DNA of 11,447 nt from Candidatus Micrarchaeota archaeon (lineage in GTDB: Archaea; Micrarchaeota; Micrarchaeia; Anstonellales; Anstonellaceae): contig JBDRNY010000012.1 of NCBI GenBank assembly GCA_043810635.1, positions 1 through 11,447 on the forward strand. The letters run 5' to 3'. Positions 7,788 through 11,447 of the stretch are shown piece after piece (the first letter of the stretch is position 1; each line of letters begins with the position of its first letter). Below the pieces are notes generated by a model. It was given only the letters and a program-made list of their open reading frames with translations, made no database searches and had not been told where the DNA came from. The translations under genes and the position numbers were made by a program.

Positions 7788-7994
7788 TTAGAATATTCCC
7801 TTAACCGGAATTCTTCTTTTTCTGATAATTATTGCAGGCTCGTCTTCTATTCTGAATTTCTGGCTTCCAAGTTTTACAAACAACGGCTTGGGCTTGAATG
7901 ATATGTGCACTGCGCCTTTTGCCATGCTGTATTCCAGCCCCTGCCCGAATGCAATGCTTACCAATGATTCCGGCTTTTTTTCTTCCCTTGGCAT
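7788..7994 (-). CDS. Small basic hypothetical protein, 68 aa (MPREEKKP...)
   Basis: Fills the gap upstream of the TIM-barrel gene; AGGTGGT directly before ATG 7994; TTTATAAATA box at 8018-8027. Confidence 0.6.
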   Translation of the reverse strand: MPREEKKPESLVSIAFGQGLEYSMAKGAVHISFKPKPLFVKLGSQKFRIEDEPAIIIRKRRIPVKGIF

Positions 7995-8132
7995 ACCACC
8001 TATATGCACATTTATTCTTTATAAATATATGTCAGTTTGTGTAAATTTGAGTATTTGGAAATAAGGCACTCTTTTTATATTTCCCCTTTTTAATTCAATT
8101 CAAGAATTTTATTTTGGAAAAACGGTGAATGG

Positions 8133-8522
8133 ATGGAAAAAGTTTTTGCATCAGCCAAGGAGCTTAAAGTCGGAAAATACCTTCTTATTGACGGAGTGCC
8201 GTGCAGAATTGCAAGCATGGACAAATCAAAGCCGGGCAAGCACGGCGCTGCAAAATTAAGGATTGTTGCAATAGGAATATTTGACGGCGCAAAAAGAAAC
8301 TGGCTCGGCTCCTCAGATTCAGATGTGGAAATACCGATGATTGATCGTTCCAATGCGCAAATAGTTGCGGTTAACGGAAATGTTGCGCAATTGATGGACA
8401 CGCGCACTTTTGAAACATTTGAATTAACAATTCCCGAGGAAATGGCTTCTGATGCAGAGCCGGGGAAGGAAGCGGAATTGCTTGTTGCAATGGGAAAAAG
8501 GGTAATTCAGAGGATTAAGTGA
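8133..8522 (+). CDS. eif5a: Translation factor aIF5A (eIF5A/EF-P homolog)
   Basis: IDGVPCRI and SKPGKHGAAK hypusination loop (Lys36 at 8238-8240); 129 aa; GGTGA SD; TTTTATAT at 8073-8080. Confidence 0.97.
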   Translation: MEKVFASAKELKVGKYLLIDGVPCRIASMDKSKPGKHGAAKLRIVAIGIFDGAKRNWLGSSDSDVEIPMIDRSNAQIVAVNGNVAQLMDTRTFETFELTIPEEMASDAEPGKEAELLVAMGKRVIQRIK

Positions 8523-8575
8523 ATTGTTTGTTTTTTATACTTGCTCATCCTAATATTCTATTTATTGGTGGTTCA

Positions 8576-9220
8576 ATGGATATTACAATTGATGAAAAGA
8601 AAGACAACCCAATGCTTGAAAGGCAGGAAGTTTATTTTTTAGTTTCATTTGATGGTGCAGTGCCTTCCCGCCAGCAGACGAGGCAGTCATTGTCAACATC
8701 CCTCTCAGTTCCTATTGAAAGAATAGTTATTGTAAAATTGGAAAGCAAATACGGAATGCGCACAGCAAAAGGGGAGGCAAGAATATACAATAGTGCTGAA
8801 ATTGCAAAAAAAGAAATGAATTACCTTCTTGCAAGGGACGGATTGGTGGAAAAAGAGAAAAAAGAGGCAAAGCCTCCCGCACAAAAACCTCCTGAAGCGC
8901 AGAAAAAGGAGGAAAAAGTAGAAAAGCCTGCCGGGAAAAAAGAAGAAAAAGCAGAAAAGCTGGCTGAAAAATCCGAAGCTAAAAAAGAGGAAAAGAAAGA
9001 AGATAAAAAACCAGAGGTAAAAAAGGAAGAGAAGAAAACCGAACCTGAGAAAGGCGAGGCAAAAAAAGATGAAGCTAAAAAAGAGGAAAAGAAACCCGAG
9101 GCGAAAAAAGAAGAAAAAAAAGATGATGCAAAAAAAGCCGAGGGTAAAAAAGAAGAAAATAAAGAAGAGAAAAAACCCGAGCCCAAAAAAGAAGAGAAGG
9201 AAGAGGAGAAAAAAGGATGA
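8576..9220 (+). CDS. rps24e: 30S ribosomal protein eS24 (S24e) with a long Lys/Glu-rich C-terminal extension
   Basis: NPMLERQEV, PSR, KYG..TAKGEARIY, YLLAR in the first 90 aa; GGTGG SD before ATG 8576; upstream of rps27ae. Confidence 0.93.
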   Translation: MDITIDEKKDNPMLERQEVYFLVSFDGAVPSRQQTRQSLSTSLSVPIERIVIVKLESKYGMRTAKGEARIYNSAEIAKKEMNYLLARDGLVEKEKKEAKPPAQKPPEAQKKEEKVEKPAGKKEEKAEKLAEKSEAKKEEKKEDKKPEVKKEEKKTEPEKGEAKKDEAKKEEKKPEAKKEEKKDDAKKAEGKKEENKEEKKPEPKKEEKEEEKKG

Positions 9221-9418
9221 AAAAAAATCCGAGCCAAAAAAGGAAGCGAAAAGCGAGGAAAAAGAGAAGAAATAAAAAAGAGAGAAAAAAAGGAGGTTGT
9301 AAAAATGACTGAGGAAGAAAAGAAACCTGAAGAGAAACCAGAAGAAAAGAAAGAGGAAGAAAAGCCAGAAGAGAAACCAGAGGAAAAGGAAGAGGAAAAG
9401 AAAGAAGAGGAAAAGTAA
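8846..9418 (+). repeat. Purine-rich low-complexity coding repeat (KKEEKK / EEKP units)
   Basis: Eight KKEE units in the eS24 tail; exact 24-bp duplicate GAAGCTAAAAAAGAGGAAAAGAAA at 8975-8998 and 9071-9094. Confidence 0.9.
9305..9418 (+). CDS. 37-aa acidic micro-protein MTEEEKKPEEKPEEKKEEEKPEEKPEEKEEEKKEEEK (not in the ORF track)
   Basis: AGGAGGT SD at 9291-9297, ATG 9305, TAA 9416-9418; synonymous codon variation (GAA/GAG, AAA/AAG, CCT/CCA) keeps an E/K/P-only sequence. Confidence 0.6.
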   Translation: MTEEEKKPEEKPEEKKEEEKPEEKPEEKEEEKKEEEK

Positions 9419-9430
9419 GGTGTGGTTTTT

Positions 9431-9583
9431 GTGGTAGAGGACAAAAAAAAGCCGGCAAAGAAAAAAAATATCAAGCCATACAAAAGCGGCAAGCCCTGCC
9501 CCAAATGCGGCGCCGGCGTAAAATTGGCAGACCATGGGAACAGGCGTTCATGCGGAAAATGCGGCTATTTTGAGAGAAAATAG
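9431..9583 (+). CDS. rps27ae: 30S ribosomal protein eS31 (S27ae), 50 aa (not in the ORF track)
   Basis: [67 protein letters not shown] zinc ribbon; GTG start with AGGTG SD. Confidence 0.95.
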   Translation: MVEDKKKPAKKKNIKPYKSGKPCPKCGAGVKLADHGNRRSCGKCGYFERK

Positions 9584-9616
9584 CTAAAACATATCCACTC
9601 TCCACTTTTGCTCACA

Positions 9617-9710
9617 CCCAAGGCCTTTTTCTTTCTTATAAAGAAAGAAATTGGATTTGCCCTTCGGGCAAATGCCCACCAACTCCTTTGGAGTTGATGG
9701 AACCCCTGGG
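9617..9710. repeat. Cluster of three perfect hairpins with 3-nt loops between convergent rps27ae and kae1
   Basis: TTTCTTTCTT-ATA-AAGAAAGAAA (9628-9650); ATTTGCCC-TTC-GGGCAAAT (9655-9673); CAACTCC-TTT-GGAGTTG (9680-9696); imperfect closing stem CCCAAGG / CCCTGGG. Confidence 0.8.
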
Positions 9711-9727
9711 AAAAAGAAAGAACCTCT

Positions 9728-10699
9728 CTAAACTGCATCTATCCTCCATTTCTGTTCGTACCAAACATCTTTTACATCAATTTTATTTTTCAATAATTTT
9801 GCCCCGCATAATGCAATCATCGCCCCATTGTCTGCATTAAATTCATCATCACAAGTTGATGCTTTTGCCCCATGGGCTTTTGCCATAATTTTCATTTTCT
9901 TCATCAATTCCTTATTTTGCGCCACCCCTCCACAAACAAGCACTTCCTTTTTTCCTGTTAACATCAGCGCCCTCTCCGTTGCTTCGCACAATTCGCAAAA
10001 TGCAGTTTCCATAAATGAATAGCATAACTCCTCTTCAGGCATTTTCCCAATTTGTTTAGTTGCATAAGTAAACAATCCCGAAAATGCAAAATTCATTCCC
10101 TTAACAGTATATGGCATCAAATGATATCTCTTCGTCTGCGCAGCTTTTTGCGCCAGCACTCCTCCGTGCGCAAATTCATATCCCAGCTCCCGCGCAAATG
10201 AATCAAACAAATTCCCAATTCCAATATCCAAAGTTTCCCCCAATACTGCAAACCTCTGTTTCCCATTTTTCTGCTCAATTATAATTTGCGTATTCCCTCC
10301 GCTAACATACAAAATTAACGGATTTTTGAATTTGCATTGCCATTTTCCAATTTCAATATGCGCATGGCAATGGTTTACAGGCACTAACGGCAAATTATAT
10401 TTTTTTGAAAGAAATGCGGCGGCAGTTGCGCCTGTTTGCAAACAAGGCCCCAGCCCGGGCCCTGCAGAATATGCAATTGCATCAATATTTTTTATATTTA
10501 ATTTTGATTTTTTTAATGCAGTAGAAATAACTCTTGTTGCATTTTTTGAATGAAATTCAGCAGCCTCCCTCGGCACAATCCCCTCCCCCGCCGCTGGCTT
10601 GTAATAAGCTTTTTCATTTGCAATTATTTTATTTTTTTTAGAATCAAAAATTCCCACCCCAAATGTGTGGGCAGTTGATTCTATTCCGAGAATTTTCAT
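9728..10699 (-). CDS. kae1: tRNA N6-threonylcarbamoyltransferase Kae1 (KEOPS; TsaD family), stand-alone
   Basis: MKILGIESTAHT, SAGPGLGPCL, VNHCHAHIEIG (HxxxH), LYVSGGNTQ, GETLDIGIGN, GGVAQN, DNGAMIA; start re-assigned to ATG 10699; no Bud32 fusion. Confidence 0.97.
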   Translation of the reverse strand: MKILGIESTAHTFGVGIFDSKKNKIIANEKAYYKPAAGEGIVPREAAEFHSKNATRVISTALKKSKLNIKNIDAIAYSAGPGLGPCLQTGATAAAFLSKKYNLPLVPVNHCHAHIEIGKWQCKFKNPLILYVSGGNTQIIIEQKNGKQRFAVLGETLDIGIGNLFDSFARELGYEFAHGGVLAQKAAQTKRYHLMPYTVKGMNFAFSGLFTYATKQIGKMPEEELCYSFMETAFCELCEATERALMLTGKKEVLVCGGVAQNKELMKKMKIMAKAHGAKASTCDDEFNADNGAMIALCGAKLLKNKIDVKDVWYEQKWRIDAV

Positions 10700-10720
10700 A
10701 TATAGAAAATGAAGAGGCGG

Positions 10721-10729
10721 ATTTATATT
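10721..10729. promoter_or_regulatory. Single TATA box centred between divergent starts (kae1 / membrane protein)
   Basis: ATTTATATT in a 51-nt spacer between ATG 10699 (-) and ATG 10751 (+). Confidence 0.6.
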
Positions 10730-10750
10730 GCTAGTCACTATCAACTTCCT

Positions 10751-11266
10751 ATGACAATTGCTAACCGGACAGATAGTAGTAATAATGTCCTTGTTGCTTT
10801 AGATGAAAAATACTCTGAAATACCCAAATATGCAAGAATATTCCTCATTACCACTATAATTTTTTTCATATTCCTGATGGCTGGATTTGCCCGATATGAT
10901 ATTGATATTTGGAAGATGGCTGCAGTATATCTGTTTCTTCTCATCAGCGTGTCGATTTCATATTTCCTTGTTAGTATTAAGATTGAGCGGGAGCTCAATC
11001 TGGGCAGAGCCATTCTTCGGGCTGTCCAGTTGGTTGTTTTCATAATCCTCATAGCTTTCAACTATACTCTTCTTACAGAGGTTTACAAAACAGTATCTGA
11101 AGGCGGAGAGCCGCCCTGGTTCTGGACCATACTCGGCTTTTTTGTATTCAACACACTTTTTGCAGGCACTATCTGGGGCATCTCTTACGGGCTAAAGTGG
11201 GCTGAAAAAAAGATAGCTGAACGGAAAAAACAAAAATCCACAGAAGGAAGTAAAGGACGCTATTAA
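10751..11266 (+). CDS. Hypothetical membrane protein, ~4 TM helices, 171 aa
   Basis: Four hydrophobic segments and a basic C-tail; ATG 10751 preferred over 10709 because it lies downstream of the TATA box. Confidence 0.75.
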   Translation: MTIANRTDSSNNVLVALDEKYSEIPKYARIFLITTIIFFIFLMAGFARYDIDIWKMAAVYLFLLISVSISYFLVSIKIERELNLGRAILRAVQLVVFIILIAFNYTLLTEVYKTVSEGGEPPWFWTILGFFVFNTLFAGTIWGISYGLKWAEKKIAERKKQKSTEGSKGRY

Positions 11267-11447
11267 AGAAGTGATATTTTTTTGTCGCCCTTGTGCAGCA
11301 CAACATCATTTCCTTTCACAGCTTTTCCGATTATTTGAGCATTAATTCCATTCTTTTTGGAAATTTCAATTACTCTCCCCGCTTCATTTTCATTTACAAC
11401 AATAACCATCCCCACACCCATATTAAAAGTGCGGTAGCATTCCCTCG
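11263..11447 (-). CDS. purM: C-terminus of phosphoribosylformylglycinamidine cyclo-ligase (AIR synthetase), partial
   Basis: Manual translation RECYRTFNMGVGMVIVVNENEAGRVIEISKKNGINAQIIGKAVKGNDVVLHKGDKKISLL*, containing the PurM ExYRTFNMGxGM signature. Confidence 0.88.
   Translation of the reverse strand, partial: RECYRTFNMGVGMVIVVNENEAGRVIEISKKNGINAQIIGKAVKGNDVVLHKGDKKISLL

Noticed and set aside
9218..9220. TGA as selenocysteine or a reassigned codon
   Set aside because: TGA is a normal stop for gatD, gatE, aIF5A and the VTT gene; the context is not a redox site
9217..9312. ATGA-overlapping basic ORF MKKNPSQKRKRKARKKRRNKK..., superficially eL41- or protamine-like
   Set aside because: Expected out-of-frame reading of GAA/AAA repeats; lacks the eL41 KWxKKR motif and overlaps the better-supported micro-ORF start. 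The 9069-9275 ORF is likewise a shadow except for its last ~20 codons.
8846..9418. Repeat region as a CRISPR array or satellite
   Set aside because: No constant repeat/unique spacer periodicity; variation is codon-synonymous
8705..9535. Long Phe/Leu/Ser-rich minus-strand ORFs (276, 227 and 127 aa)
   Set aside because: Stop-free shadows of the purine-rich K/E repeat, not membrane proteins
9617..9710. Three-arm structure as a tRNA
   Set aside because: All loops are 3 nt; no anticodon loop, T-loop consensus or CCA end
10741..11061. 106-aa minus-strand ORF and other short nested ORFs in the track
   Set aside because: Antisense or out-of-frame to well-supported genes, with no motifs

Overview
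Gene-dense archaeal chromosome segment. gatD/gatE, aIF5A, eS24, eS31 and stand-alone kae1 identify it as archaeal; a DPANN/Micrarchaeota-like origin is my inference only. Left to right: possible start of a minus-strand gene at the edge, a secreted 44-Cys modular protein, a VTT/DedA-type membrane protein followed by a decayed paralog fragment, a GalT-like nucleotidyltransferase, gatD-gatE, an orphan, a sugar-phosphate isomerase/epimerase TIM barrel, a small orphan, aIF5A, eS24 with a ~124-aa Lys/Glu tail, an un-annotated 37-aa Glu/Lys/Pro micro-ORF, eS31, convergent kae1, a 4-TM orphan and the 3' end of purM. No CRISPR array, RNA gene or transposase is visible. The most unusual parts are (i) the eS24 / micro-ORF / eS31 locus, with an A6 frame break and three ORFs in one frame, (ii) a multi-hairpin intergenic element whose core palindrome TTGCCC-TYC-GGGCAA recurs 2.7 kb away, (iii) two divergent gene pairs with identical 51-nt single-TATA geometry, and (iv) the Cys-rich protein. 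All calls are by eye; no searches were run.
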